In this document: positions 43,269-52,656 of the stretch, one piece after another | Layout of the letters: each line of letters starts with the position of its first letter | How positions within the stretch are numbered: position 1 is the first letter of the stretch | Assembly (NCBI GenBank): GCA_964390805.1 | Contig: CAYMKL010000010.1 | Location: 12,158 to 76,157 of the forward strand | Direction of reading: 5' to 3' | DNA from: an uncultured Anaerolineae bacterium | GTDB lineage: Bacteria; Chloroflexota; Anaerolineae; VGOG01 | DNA length: 64,000 bases | The notes under the pieces: generated by a model | What the model saw: only the letters and a program-made list of their open reading frames with translations | What the model was told of the DNA's origin: nothing | Database searches by the model: none | Position numbers and translations under genes: made by a program

Positions 43269-43679
43269 ATGTCAAAGATATTGATCATAGACGATGACCC
43301 GGATTTCAACTACGTCTTTCAGATGGTGCTCGAAGCCAACGACTTCGAGGTAGATACGGCGACGACACCAGAGGAAGGGATCAATAAGGTCTTGAGCATC
43401 GAACCGGACCTGGTGGTCCTGGATGTCATGATGCCGACAGGCTACGAGGGGTTCGATGTGGCCCGTGAAATCAGGGAGGAACACGGTCTGACCGAGTTGC
43501 CCATCGTTATCCTCACCAACGTGCACAACGTCAGAGAAGTGCCCTACCGCTTCGCTCCCGATGAAGACTACCTGCCGGTGGACGTGTTCCTGGACAAACC
43601 GGTTGAACCAGAGGCGCTGGTAGACATCATCAAAGAGATGCTGGGAGAGCGCCGAGAAGAACTTGAGTATCCTCTATAG
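43269..43679 (+). CDS. single-domain response regulator (CheY-like receiver)
   Basis: 'ILIIDDDPDF...LVVLDVMMP...PIVILT'. Confidence 0.85.
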   Translation: MSKILIIDDDPDFNYVFQMVLEANDFEVDTATTPEEGINKVLSIEPDLVVLDVMMPTGYEGFDVAREIREEHGLTELPIVILTNVHNVREVPYRFAPDEDYLPVDVFLDKPVEPEALVDIIKEMLGERREELEYPL

Positions 43680-43689
43680 GACTCGCTTG

Positions 43690-43975
43690 TACTATACTTT
43701 CCGCTAACTTGGAAAGTAGGTGAATCTGGCTTTTACTATATATAGTGGCATTGCGTGAAACTGACACTAGATGTAGTAGTTTCAGGCAAGACAAGCCCGT
43801 TGCGTTAGGGGGAACTGCCGAGTATCAACTTTGGGTAATGGCTGGTCTCTCTGAGTGTTACTACTATATATAGGAGCTTGCTAACGCATACCCACAACAT
43901 ATAGTGCAATATTCCTTTGGCGTTACGAGACTTTCCACGTCAATTTAGCGGAAAGTAAAGTTGTAGCGATTAAGA
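43690..43975. other. AT-rich (~40% GC) non-coding element bounded by 11-bp inverted repeats (ctttccgctaa ... ttagcggaaag), with internal 'tactatatata' direct repeats
   Basis: Sharp GC drop against a ~62% background. Terminal inverted repeat at ~43700 and ~43950. No ORF. Confidence 0.5.
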
Positions 43976-43984
43976 AAAAGGTCA

Positions 43985-44686
43985 GTGATGAGGATAGCGG
44001 TGGTTTACGACAACAGGTCGCTTCGTGGCGAGCTTTCCCCCGCCTGGGGGTTCTCCTGCCTGGTGGGCGACGACCTTCTCTTCGATACCGGCGGAGACGG
44101 ACCGAGGTTGCTCTCCAACATGGGGCAGATGGGGCTCGACGTTGGGAGGATTAGGTCAGTGGTCCTCTCGCACGCGCACGGAGACCACACAGGTGGCCTT
44201 GCGGGTCTCCTAGCCGTCAGCAGGGGAATCACCGTCTACTTGCCCTGCTCCTTTCCCAGTCGGTTCAAGGCCCAGGTGCGCAGCCACGCCCGCGTGGTAG
44301 AGGTCCACGAGCCGATGGAGATAGCCGAGGGCATCTACACCACCGGCGAGATGGGGAGAGGCCTGGTCGAGCAGGCACTTGCTTTGGTCACAAACCAAGG
44401 TCTGGTTATCGTCACCGGCTGCGCCCATCCGGGAATCGTGGGCATGATACGCCGTGCCAAGCAAATTGGCGGAAACGGAATTTACCTGGCAATCGGCGGC
44501 TTCCACCTGAGTGTGGCAAGTCGGGGAGCGGTCAAAGATATCATCGCCGAATTCCGGCTGCTGGGAGTGCAGAAAGTAGCCCCCTGCCATTGTACCGGAA
44601 AACAGGCGATGGGGATGTTCGCCGCCGAGTACGGGGAGGATTTCATCAAGGCCGGCGTGGGAAAGGTCCTGGATATTGGGCCATAA
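43985..44686 (+). CDS. MBL-fold metallo-hydrolase
   Basis: 'SVVLSHAHGDHTGGLAGLL'. Paralogous to the 49446..50333 gene. Confidence 0.8.
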   Translation: MMRIAVVYDNRSLRGELSPAWGFSCLVGDDLLFDTGGDGPRLLSNMGQMGLDVGRIRSVVLSHAHGDHTGGLAGLLAVSRGITVYLPCSFPSRFKAQVRSHARVVEVHEPMEIAEGIYTTGEMGRGLVEQALALVTNQGLVIVTGCAHPGIVGMIRRAKQIGGNGIYLAIGGFHLSVASRGAVKDIIAEFRLLGVQKVAPCHCTGKQAMGMFAAEYGEDFIKAGVGKVLDIGP

Positions 44687-44771
44687 CGGCTTGCATAAAG
44701 CCGGAGTCCCGAACTTGTTCGGGCTGTAGCGAGGCAAGTTTCACACTCCAATAAAACGCAGAGGGAAACAA

Positions 44772-45161
44772 ATGGAAAAACTGATCCAGGAATTCATCAG
44801 CCAGCGTGTCTGGGCAGTGGTGGGGGCCTCGACGAACCCAGAGAAGTATGGCCACAAGATATTCCGCGACCTGCGGGCAGCAGGCTACATCGTCTACGGC
44901 GTCAATCCCGACGAGGGCGAGATTGAGGGCCAGAGGCTATACCCCAGTTTGGCCGACCTGCCGGAGAAGCCGGCGGTGGTGGACATCGTCGTCCCGCCGA
45001 AGATCACCGGGGAGATAGTCCGCCAGTGCGCGGAACTGGGGCTAGAGAGAGTCTGGATGCAGCCCGGTTCGGAGTCGGAGGAGACCATTCGCTTCTGCCA
45101 GGGGGAGGGCATCAAGGTCATCCACAGCGCCTGTGCTATGATCCGAAAACGGGAGTGGTGA
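44772..45161 (+). CDS. CoA-binding domain protein (YccU-like)
   Basis: 'VWAVVGASTNPEKYGHKIFRDLRAAGYIVYGVNP...VVDIVVPP'. Confidence 0.8.
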   Translation: MEKLIQEFISQRVWAVVGASTNPEKYGHKIFRDLRAAGYIVYGVNPDEGEIEGQRLYPSLADLPEKPAVVDIVVPPKITGEIVRQCAELGLERVWMQPGSESEETIRFCQGEGIKVIHSACAMIRKREW

Positions 45162-45175
45162 GGAGGTGATGGAAG

Positions 45176-45727
45176 ATGGTTTACATTGATCTCGAGAAGT
45201 GCGCCGGCTGCGGGGTCTGTGCTGAAGCCTGCCCTGTAGGGGCCATAAGCTTGGTCGGAGGCACAGCCCAAGTTGACCAGGAGAGGTGCACAGACCACGT
45301 CCTGAGCTTGTCGAAGGGCTGCGAGGCTTGTATAGAGGTCTGCCCCAATAGGGCCATGCTGGCCGTGAGGGAGCCGGTCGCAGAGCGGGCGGCGGTCCCC
45401 AGCGTGCGCCCGGCGCCTGAGGTCATCCGGGTCAGGCCGCAGCCGGCACCCGTTTCCCTGCCAACCAGGGGCTTGCCGGCCGTAGGAGCAGCACTGACCT
45501 ATCTGGGCCGTAACGTCGCCCCCCGTCTGGCAGACCATTTGCTCAATGCCCTGGATCGCAGGCTGGGTCAGGGGCAAGCTAGCCCTGCTGTGAGAGCATC
45601 TAGGCCCGTATCCCCGGCTTCTGGTGTGGGAGGACGAAGCCCTTCGACAGCCCTTCGACGGAGCCCAGGACAAGGCTCAGGACGGGGCCTTCGTCGAAGG
45701 AGGAGGCGGGGCAGGGGCAGAAGATAA
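45176..45727 (+). CDS. ferredoxin-domain protein with Arg-rich C-terminal tail (paralog of 38999..39418)
   Basis: 'CAGCGVCAEACPVGAI...CEACIEVCPNRAM'. '...LADHLLNALDRRL...RRRRRRGRGRR'. Confidence 0.75.
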   Translation: MVYIDLEKCAGCGVCAEACPVGAISLVGGTAQVDQERCTDHVLSLSKGCEACIEVCPNRAMLAVREPVAERAAVPSVRPAPEVIRVRPQPAPVSLPTRGLPAVGAALTYLGRNVAPRLADHLLNALDRRLGQGQASPAVRASRPVSPASGVGGRSPSTALRRSPGQGSGRGLRRRRRRGRGRR

Positions 45728-45906
45728 ACCCAAAACGCTCTTAGCCAGCTTTGTGTGGGAACGCAGTCTAGATCGCCTGAAACGGCCGCGGACAGGTGTT
45801 TCACATGAAAGCGGTGAAGAGAGGAACTAAGATTTGAAAGATGGCTATTCCTACACTTGAACGCTGTGAGCAGAAGGCGGGTCGCCTTCGGGGAGGTTTG
45901 ACGAAC

Positions 45907-46089
45907 ATGAGCAACGAGCGGATCAAGGAGCTGGAGAGTCAGATAGCGGAGTTGAAGAGCCGATGGCCGGCCCATTCGGTGCCGCCGACGATGCTTCAGC
46001 AGTTGGAAGAGCTGGAGGAAGAACTGGAGAAGGGGCTGAAGAAAACAGACGAGGGTAGGACCGATGCCAAAGCAGATGGCCATGATTGA
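45907..46089 (+). CDS. hypothetical small coiled-coil protein
   Basis: 'MSNERIKELESQIAELKSRWPAHSVPPTMLQQLEELEEELEKGLKK'. No family recognised. Confidence 0.35.
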   Translation: MSNERIKELESQIAELKSRWPAHSVPPTMLQQLEELEEELEKGLKKTDEGRTDAKADGHD

Positions 46090-46270
46090 TTATAGAAAGT
46101 GCCAGCCTGAGAAATGCGACCAGGGCATCTGCCTCGCTGTGCTTGCGTGTCCAAACAAAGTCCTCAAGCAAGAGGCTCCTTATGAGATGCCCGATCCTCC
46201 TCTGACCATGTGTGTCGGCTGTAGTCTGTGTACTCAGGCTTGCCTGTTGAAGGCAGTTCAAATGATATAA
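46082..46270 (+). CDS. small Cys-rich ferredoxin-like protein
   Basis: 'CQPEKCDQGICLAVLACP...CVGCSLCTQACLLKA'. A 27-codon copy of its 3' end recurs at 48864..48947. Confidence 0.5.
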   Translation: MIDYRKCQPEKCDQGICLAVLACPNKVLKQEAPYEMPDPPLTMCVGCSLCTQACLLKAVQMI

Positions 46271-46331
46271 AGCTGCGCAAGGTGGGGAGTCTTTCGAGGT
46301 AGCCGTATCAAGTCGAAGTCAGGTCGAGAGG

Positions 46332-47027
46332 ATGAGACCGATGACCGAAATCACTCAACCCACATTTAAAGACCGCTGTGTCATATCCTGCGGGATGCTG
46401 CACCCGGAGATAACCCATCTGATGGAGAGCGGTTTTCTGAATCCACGCCGCGTCTTTTTTACGCCACCGGGTCTGCACGCCTTGCCGGCCAAGCTGGAGA
46501 AGTATCTTCTCAAGAGACTGGCCCAGGCCCAGGAGTGGTGCCCCGACCATGGGCGGCTGCCTAACATTGTCGTCGTGTATGGGAAGAAGTGCCACATCAG
46601 CGTTGATGAGCCGTTCAAACGGGTGGACTCGATCCTACAGGCAGCGGGACAGGGGATCGTCAGGGTGCAGGGGGACTACGGCTACGACATGCTAGCCGGC
46701 TTTGAGGATCGGCAGCGGATCAGCGGGGGCAGGGAGGGCAAGACCCTTTGGTTCACACCGGGCTGGCTCAAGAGCTGGAGGGCGGTCTACCAGAAGTATT
46801 TCGGCTGGGATGAGGCGGATGCTAATGCAAACTTTCCAGGATTCTACGACAAGATCATCGTCCTGGACGGCCTTGGCCTAGCCGAAGAGTATATGGCGCA
46901 GCACGCCGAGGAGATCCTGGAACTGTTCGACTGGACAGGCCTGGAGGTGGAGTTTCACCCCATCACCCTGGACCGTTTCAAGGGACTGCTGATGGACAGC
47001 CTGTCGCCAGGAGATACTTCGGGATAA
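46332..47027 (+). CDS. hypothetical protein (DUF1638-like?)
   Basis: 231 aa with no clear motif. The family assignment is tentative. Confidence 0.35.
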   Translation: MRPMTEITQPTFKDRCVISCGMLHPEITHLMESGFLNPRRVFFTPPGLHALPAKLEKYLLKRLAQAQEWCPDHGRLPNIVVVYGKKCHISVDEPFKRVDSILQAAGQGIVRVQGDYGYDMLAGFEDRQRISGGREGKTLWFTPGWLKSWRAVYQKYFGWDEADANANFPGFYDKIIVLDGLGLAEEYMAQHAEEILELFDWTGLEVEFHPITLDRFKGLLMDSLSPGDTSG

Positions 47028-47091
47028 TACCAATGTTTCGACAAGCTCAACACAAGTTGCTCTACACGGGAACCGTTTTGGAGTTTGGAGT

Positions 47092-47358
47092 ATGGTGAGG
47101 CCGTTGTGGCAGCTCTTGTTGGAGGATCCATCGGATCTGACCTGTGACGAGTGTTTCTCCGTGATGGAGTATTACGCTGAGCTTTTGGCTAAGGGTAGCA
47201 CCGATCGCCTCCCTGAAGTCATCGAGCGTCTAAAGGAATGTCTTCCTTGTGAGGTTCAGCATCGTGAGGAGCTGCGCCACCTCATAGCAAGCCAGTCAGA
47301 GACGAGCACCGCGTTACCGCCTGATTTGACAAAACCGATTGATGCTGAAGCCAGATGA
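47092..47358 (+). CDS. hypothetical small protein with CxxC ... CxC
   Basis: 'LTCDECFSVMEYY...LKECLPCEVQH'. Confidence 0.35.
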   Translation: MVRPLWQLLLEDPSDLTCDECFSVMEYYAELLAKGSTDRLPEVIERLKECLPCEVQHREELRHLIASQSETSTALPPDLTKPIDAEAR

Positions 47359-48008
47359 ACCGGTTGCTTGCTAACCCCTTCACCAACCCGACCCTCGTGG
47401 CCGGCTACGAAGCCTGGTACGAAACCTCCGGGCTCCGGGCCGACCGCCTGGAGAAGCCCCTGTTGAAGCGGCTGCTGGCTGGCTTTTCGCGGGCACGCAC
47501 CCTCCTGGAGGTAGGTTGCGGCACCGGCCGTTTCACCCGCTGGTTCGGCGAGCAAGGTCTACAGGTGATGGGGTTGGACCAGTCGTCGCCCATGCTGGCC
47601 GAGGCTGTCCGGCTGGGCGGTCCACCGTGCGTCCTCGGCGACGCGCTGGCCTTGCCCTTCCTGGACGGGGCCTTCGACCTGGTGGCCCTGATCACGACGC
47701 TGGAGTTCGTAACCGATCCCGCCCAGGTCCTGGCCGAGGCAGTCTGCGTGGCCCGGCACGGATTGATCCTGGGAGTGTTGAATCGGCAGAGTCTGCTGGC
47801 GTGGCGGCGGGAACGTTCGGGGGAAGCGTTGTGGCAGATGGCCCGCTTCTTCACGCCGGCAGAATTGGTCCGTCTGCTGCAGCAGGCTGCCGTAGGGAAG
47901 CGATTGAAGATCGTGTGGCGAACGACCTTGTGGCCGGGCTGGCCCGGAGAGCTACCGCTGCCGTGGGGTGGGTTCATTGGTATGGCGGTAAGCATGGTTG
48001 AACCGTGA
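47355..48008 (+). CDS. class I SAM-dependent methyltransferase
   Basis: Motif I 'LLEVGCGTGRF'. 'LPFLDGAFDLVALITTLEFVTDP'. Confidence 0.85.
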   Translation: MNRLLANPFTNPTLVAGYEAWYETSGLRADRLEKPLLKRLLAGFSRARTLLEVGCGTGRFTRWFGEQGLQVMGLDQSSPMLAEAVRLGGPPCVLGDALALPFLDGAFDLVALITTLEFVTDPAQVLAEAVCVARHGLILGVLNRQSLLAWRRERSGEALWQMARFFTPAELVRLLQQAAVGKRLKIVWRTTLWPGWPGELPLPWGGFIGMAVSMVEP

Positions 48009-48285
48009 AAAGCGGAGGAGGAAAGTGATCGGTATCGCCGCTCAGGTTAGCTTGTATCCTTTGCGACAAGCGTCTTTGTCACCAGCGATTGGCCAGGCAC
48101 TCCAGATCTTTCGAGAGCACGGTCTGGGCGTGGAACCGGGCGCCATGAGCACCCTGATCACCGGCAACGATGCGACGGTGTTTGCCGCTCTGCAAGAGGC
48201 CTTTCGTCGCGTTGCCGAGCAGGGCCAGGTGGTGATGGTGGTGACCCTCTCGAACGCATGCCCTGTGCCGGAGAACTTGTCCTGA
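47998..48285 (+). CDS. MTH1187/YkoF-family (UPF0045) small protein
   Basis: 'VIGIAAQVSLYPL...PAIGQALQIFREHGLGVEPGAMSTLITGN...QGQVVMVVTLSN'. Confidence 0.6.
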   Translation: MNREKRRRKVIGIAAQVSLYPLRQASLSPAIGQALQIFREHGLGVEPGAMSTLITGNDATVFAALQEAFRRVAEQGQVVMVVTLSNACPVPENLS

Positions 48286-48344
48286 GCCTGTCGAAGGGAA
48301 CGACGGGGGAGCCCATTGTCTAAGGATACGTAGGGGGAAGTCAG

Positions 48345-48848
48345 ATGATAGAGTTCAGTCGCATTTTGGTCCCATTGGATGGCTCGTCTCTGTCGGAGAG
48401 GGCGCTGCCGGTGGTTCGTGCGCTGGCACGGAAATTCGAAAGCCAGATCATTCTGTTACGTGTGTTGGATATCCCCACTCCTACAGTGCCCACCTCGCAC
48501 CTGGAGGAGGCAATAGGTTGGGTACGAGAAGCGCGCCAACAGGCCCTTCAGGAAGCCCAAAGCTATCTGGAAGCCATCCAGCGCGAACTTCATGGGGAAG
48601 GGTTTGAGACCCGAATCCTATTGCGAGATAGGTCGCCGGCCGAGGACATCCTCGATGTCGCCTGTGCCGAGAATATAGACCTGATCGTCATGTCTAGCCA
48701 CGGAAAGGGCGGCGGTTTGGCTCGCTGGACTTTCGGCAGCGTCGCTGAGAGAGTGGCGCGTCACAGCCTTTGTCCCGTGCTGCTGGTTCGACAGGAGCCG
48801 GAGACCGAGAGCGAATCACAGTCGGCAGCCATGTCCAAACCGACGTGA
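48345..48848 (+). CDS. universal stress protein (UspA family)
   Basis: 'ILVPLDGSSLSERAL...DLIVMSSHGKGGGLARWTFGSVAERVARHSLCPVLLVR'. Confidence 0.9.
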   Translation: MIEFSRILVPLDGSSLSERALPVVRALARKFESQIILLRVLDIPTPTVPTSHLEEAIGWVREARQQALQEAQSYLEAIQRELHGEGFETRILLRDRSPAEDILDVACAENIDLIVMSSHGKGGGLARWTFGSVAERVARHSLCPVLLVRQEPETESESQSAAMSKPT

Positions 48849-48863
48849 ACCGACGCACGAGAG

Positions 48864-48947
48864 ATGCCCGATCTTCCTATGACCTTATGTGTCGGCTGTA
48901 GTCTGTGTACTGAGGCCTGCCGGTTGCAGGCAATCCGAATGATGTGA
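48864..48947 (+). pseudogene. 27-codon remnant duplicating the 3' end of the 46082..46270 ferredoxin-like gene
   Basis: 'MPDLPMTLCVGCSLCTEACRLQAIRMM' vs 'MPDPPLTMCVGCSLCTQACLLKAVQMI'. About 80% nucleotide identity over ~84 bp. Confidence 0.5.
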
Positions 48948-48959
48948 GGGAGGGTAGTT

Positions 48960-49199
48960 GTGCCCGTCTACGAATATCGCTGTAAGAACTGCGGGGAGCA
49001 GGTGGAGGTGTTGGTTCGTTCTAGGACGAGCGCCTCGCCCACCTGCCCCAACTGCGGCAGCTCCCTGCTAGAGAAGCTCCTCTCCGTTCCTTACGTGATG
49101 GGTGGGGAGAAGCGCCCGGCGGGGCAGACCTGCTGTGGGCGAGAGGAGCGCTGCGAAGCCCCACCCTGTTCCACGGATGACGTTTGCAGAAGGAGGTGA
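48960..49199 (+). CDS. FmdB-family zinc-ribbon protein
   Basis: 'MPVYEYRCKNCGEQVEVLVRSRTSASPTCPNCGSSLLEKLLS'. Confidence 0.85.
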   Translation: MPVYEYRCKNCGEQVEVLVRSRTSASPTCPNCGSSLLEKLLSVPYVMGGEKRPAGQTCCGREERCEAPPCSTDDVCRRR

Positions 49200-49205
49200 T
49201 GAGAG

Positions 49206-49442
49206 ATGTTCCAGAGGCTTCTTACGCTTTTTGGCCGAGGTGGTGGCCGAGGTGGAGGCCGTGGCGGCGGTGCCGGACGCGGTGGCGGTCGTGGGCCGGG
49301 TCGTATGGGCGGCACCAAAGCGGCCGGGCCAGGCGGCAACTGCGTGTGCCCCAGTTGCGGTCACAAAGCGCCCCACCAGGTGGGACAAGCATGCTATCAG
49401 ATGACTTGTCCCAAGTGTGGCACCAAAATGACCCGCGAGTGA
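49206..49442 (+). CDS. small Gly/Arg-rich zinc-ribbon protein (paralog of 33224..33451)
   Basis: 'FGRGGGRGGGRGGGAGRGGGRGPGRMGG...CVCPSCGHKAPHQ...CPKCGTKM'. Confidence 0.6.
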   Translation: MFQRLLTLFGRGGGRGGGRGGGAGRGGGRGPGRMGGTKAAGPGGNCVCPSCGHKAPHQVGQACYQMTCPKCGTKMTRE

Positions 49443-49445
49443 GCC

Positions 49446-50333
49446 ATGAAAGTAACCTGCGTAGTAGACGACGCGGTTCGCGATCACTCGCCGTTCTGGG
49501 GTGAGCATGGGTTGGCCTTTCTGATCGAGACGGAGAGTGGGCGTGTCCTTTTCGACACCGGCCAGAGCGGCACCGTGCTGCTGCACAATCTGGAGCTGCT
49601 GGACATCGAGCCAAAGGCGACCAGTGCTCTAGCCATCAGCCACGCCCACTACGATCACACCGGCGGGTTGCCGGCTCTGCTGGATCGGGTTGACGGAATC
49701 TCTCTTCATGCTCACCCCGACCTCTTCCGTGAGCGCTTCTCGCGGCGGGAGGGAACGCCCAAGTTTGTGGGCCTACCTGTGGAAAGGGAGGCGTTGGAGC
49801 AACTACTGGCGCTCCAACTGAGCACGGAGCCGACGGAGATTCTGCCCGGCGTGTGGACGACGGGCGAGATCGCAGACCGCACAGAGCCAGAGGGGCGCAG
49901 CACCCATCACCTGATCCGTAGCCCAGAGGGCTGGGAACCTGATCCCTACTGTGACGACATGGCTCTGGTCCTGGAGACCGATGGAGGACTGGTGGTGCTC
50001 TGCGGCTGCTGTCACGCTGGCCTGCTCAACACCCTGGCCCATGTGCGCCGCACTTTTGGCACAGACATTGCCGCTGTGGCTGGGGGGACCCATCTGCTCC
50101 ACGCTGACGCAGCTCATCTGCGGCGTGTCATGGAGGTGTTGAGGGAGCTTGGCGTGCCCCGGCTCTATCTCAACCACTGCACCGGGCAACAGGCCTATGT
50201 CATCCTGGCCCAGGCTTTCGGCGAGGCGGTAGCCCCCTGTCCGGCAGGCACGGCGTTGAGCTTCTCGGAAAGGATGATGAAGTTGGGCACGGTTATTGAT
50301 CCGGAGACCGGGAAGGTCGACCATGGCCGTTAG
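49446..50333 (+). CDS. MBL-fold metallo-hydrolase
   Basis: 'LAISHAHYDHTGGLPALL'. 295 aa. Confidence 0.85.
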   Translation: MKVTCVVDDAVRDHSPFWGEHGLAFLIETESGRVLFDTGQSGTVLLHNLELLDIEPKATSALAISHAHYDHTGGLPALLDRVDGISLHAHPDLFRERFSRREGTPKFVGLPVEREALEQLLALQLSTEPTEILPGVWTTGEIADRTEPEGRSTHHLIRSPEGWEPDPYCDDMALVLETDGGLVVLCGCCHAGLLNTLAHVRRTFGTDIAAVAGGTHLLHADAAHLRRVMEVLRELGVPRLYLNHCTGQQAYVILAQAFGEAVAPCPAGTALSFSERMMKLGTVIDPETGKVDHGR

Positions 50334-50336
50334 AGA

Positions 50337-50576
50337 CATCTTAACGTTCACATCAATTTCTACTCCCACCGTTCCCGGGGTTTTCACTTGCTTCAGCATC
50401 CCCAGGACGACAGGAGCCGTCCCCGACGCGGGGTCTTTGCTCTGCGCAGCCCGCGTCGTCCCAACCCCATCGGCGTCACTGTGGTGGACCTAATGGCCAC
50501 GGAAGGAAATGTGCTACGAGTGCGGGGACTGGATGCAATCAACGGCACACCGGTGCTGGACCTCAAGCCGGCGTGA
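50337..50576 (+). pseudogene. trmO: 5'-truncated trmO (YaeB/TsaA-family tRNA methyltransferase) remnant; only the C-terminal ~80 codons
   Basis: '...GVFALRSPRRPNPIGVTVVDLMATEGNVLRVRGLDAINGTPVLDLKPA*' matches the conserved TrmO C-terminus. No N-terminal domain; an upstream stop is in frame. Confidence 0.55.
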
Positions 50577-50628
50577 TGATCACATCCCAAGACGCCGTCG
50601 AGTAGTGAGAGTTGCTCAAGCAGTAAGG

Positions 50629-51372
50629 ATGGTACGAATGCTCACCAACACGTTCGCAGCAGTAATGCTAGCCAGCTTCCTGGCGTGTGCGGTTACGACA
50701 ATTGGCATAACCGTCATCGGCAAATTCGAGAAATGGGGCCAGGAGTATTCCGTCTATTTCATGAGCTTTGCAGCCGGGGTGCTCATCTCCGTCTCATTCA
50801 TGCACATCATACCCGAGTCTTTCCAGATGAACAGCGCGGCCCCAGTGTTCTTGCTGGTGGGGTTCCTGGCCATCCATCTATCCAATCGTCTCCTTAACCT
50901 ATACGCCTGTCACGAGCACCAGTATGCCGATTACGCTATGGGCATCATCCCCATGCTGGGAATTGGCTTTCACTCCTTTATTGATGGCCTCATCTATTCA
51001 GTGACCTTTAACGTCAGCATCCTCACGGGGGCGTTGGCCGCCATCGGGATGATATTCCACGAATTCCCTGAGGGGATTGTCACCTTTGTGCTCCTGAAGC
51101 AAGCGGGCTTCAGCCGAAAGAAGTCGGCCTTATATGCCTTTCTGGCGGCGGCCGTCTCCACCCCGTTGGGCACGTTGGTATCGTATCCCTTTATCAACAA
51201 CATTGATCAGTCCCTTTTAGGCATATTGCTGGCCATCTCTGCCGGAGCATTAGTTTACGTGGGGGCTTCTCACCTGCTTCCCGCAGTCGAAAGAGAGAAC
51301 AAAAGGTATAGCATCCTCGCGTTGGCCGCTGGGGTGTTGGTTGCCGTCATCATCATCTTGTCGAAAGGCTAA
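50629..51372 (+). CDS. ZIP-family divalent metal (zinc) transporter
   Basis: 'HEFPEGIVTFVLL'. Polytopic, 8 TM helices. 'HSFIDGLIY'. Confidence 0.8.
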   Translation: MVRMLTNTFAAVMLASFLACAVTTIGITVIGKFEKWGQEYSVYFMSFAAGVLISVSFMHIIPESFQMNSAAPVFLLVGFLAIHLSNRLLNLYACHEHQYADYAMGIIPMLGIGFHSFIDGLIYSVTFNVSILTGALAAIGMIFHEFPEGIVTFVLLKQAGFSRKKSALYAFLAAAVSTPLGTLVSYPFINNIDQSLLGILLAISAGALVYVGASHLLPAVERENKRYSILALAAGVLVAVIIILSKG

Positions 51373-51380
51373 TCGGTTTC

Positions 51381-52646
51381 GTGCATTTGCAACGGCTTTA
51401 TCAGCGCACCGTTGGCTTTGTGCAACGTCAGAGGCACGATTTCAAACTCATGCTGTTGCGTCGGGCACTACATGGGGTGGCCGCCGGTCTCTCTACGCAG
51501 TATAACTCTATCTACGCGACGCTGCTGGGGGCTGATCCGGTACAACTGGGGTCGCTGCAAAGCGTGGGCAACGCCATTGGCGCTCTGGCAGCATTGCCTG
51601 CTGGTTGGTTCATTGACTATTATAGCCTGAGGAAGGTCTTTCTCTTAGGCACGGCGATGCTGGCGGCTTCCAGATTGCTCTACTTCGTGGCTCCCCATTG
51701 GGTCTGGCTTTATGCAGCCATCATCCTCTACTACCTGGGAATACGCATGACTTGTACTGCGTGCACTGTGACTTGCGCGGGGGAATTGCCTAACGAGGAA
51801 CGGGCTACCGGACGCGGGCTCTGTCGGACGATATCGTCTCCGGTGGCCATCGTCACGCCCTTGCTGGCGGCCTGGCTTATCTCTCAATCTGGCGGTATGA
51901 GCGTTCGCGGCATCCGTCCGCTTTATATGATCCAGGTGGTCATTTTTGCTGGGATCTTCGTCCTCCTGTTGACTCAGTTATCTGGCTCCCAAGTCAGCAG
52001 CGCGTCAAGCGATGGGCGTCACGTTCTCTCAGGCTTTCTTCAAATCTTCAAGCAGGGCCCCGATGTGGCTCGTCTGATGCTTGTGATGGGCTTCATGGAG
52101 TTGCCCTGGACGTTAGCACAGCCATTCATGCCTGTGTATGCTCATGAGTTCAAAGGAGCCAATGAGTTCATGCTGGGTGGCATCTCCATGGCCATCACCA
52201 TCGTGCCCATGCTGACCTCCCTCGCGCTAGGACGTCTGGCCGATCGGTATGGCCGCAAGAAGCTGCTCTTTGCCATCGCTCCTCTGGCCTACGCGGGCAA
52301 TCTGTGTTTGGTCTTCGCGCCGGTCTCAGGAGCGGGGGCGTGGGTGTTTCTATTGCTCTACGGCATCCTCTTCGGCTTCAACAGCATCAGCATGGCCTTG
52401 GCCTCTTCGATGACGGCCGAGATCGTGCCCAGGGAGCAGATGGGGCGCTGGATCGGCATGGTCAGCCTTTTCCGTGGCTTGCTTGGCATCCCTGCCCCAC
52501 TGATAGGGGGGCTGATCTGGGAGCACATTGGTCCTCAGTACGTGTTCTTCGCTGCCATCGCCATTGATGCATTGTTCCGCCTGCCACTTCTAGCTTCGGT
52601 CAGGGAGACGTTGCATCTTTCTCCCGTCGAGCACTGCGAAAGGTGA
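51381..52646 (+). CDS. MFS transporter
   Basis: About 12 TM helices. 'GRLADRYGRKKLL' MFS loop motif. Confidence 0.75.
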   Translation: MHLQRLYQRTVGFVQRQRHDFKLMLLRRALHGVAAGLSTQYNSIYATLLGADPVQLGSLQSVGNAIGALAALPAGWFIDYYSLRKVFLLGTAMLAASRLLYFVAPHWVWLYAAIILYYLGIRMTCTACTVTCAGELPNEERATGRGLCRTISSPVAIVTPLLAAWLISQSGGMSVRGIRPLYMIQVVIFAGIFVLLLTQLSGSQVSSASSDGRHVLSGFLQIFKQGPDVARLMLVMGFMELPWTLAQPFMPVYAHEFKGANEFMLGGISMAITIVPMLTSLALGRLADRYGRKKLLFAIAPLAYAGNLCLVFAPVSGAGAWVFLLLYGILFGFNSISMALASSMTAEIVPREQMGRWIGMVSLFRGLLGIPAPLIGGLIWEHIGPQYVFFAAIAIDALFRLPLLASVRETLHLSPVEHCER

Positions 52647-52656
52647 AGGGATCACC

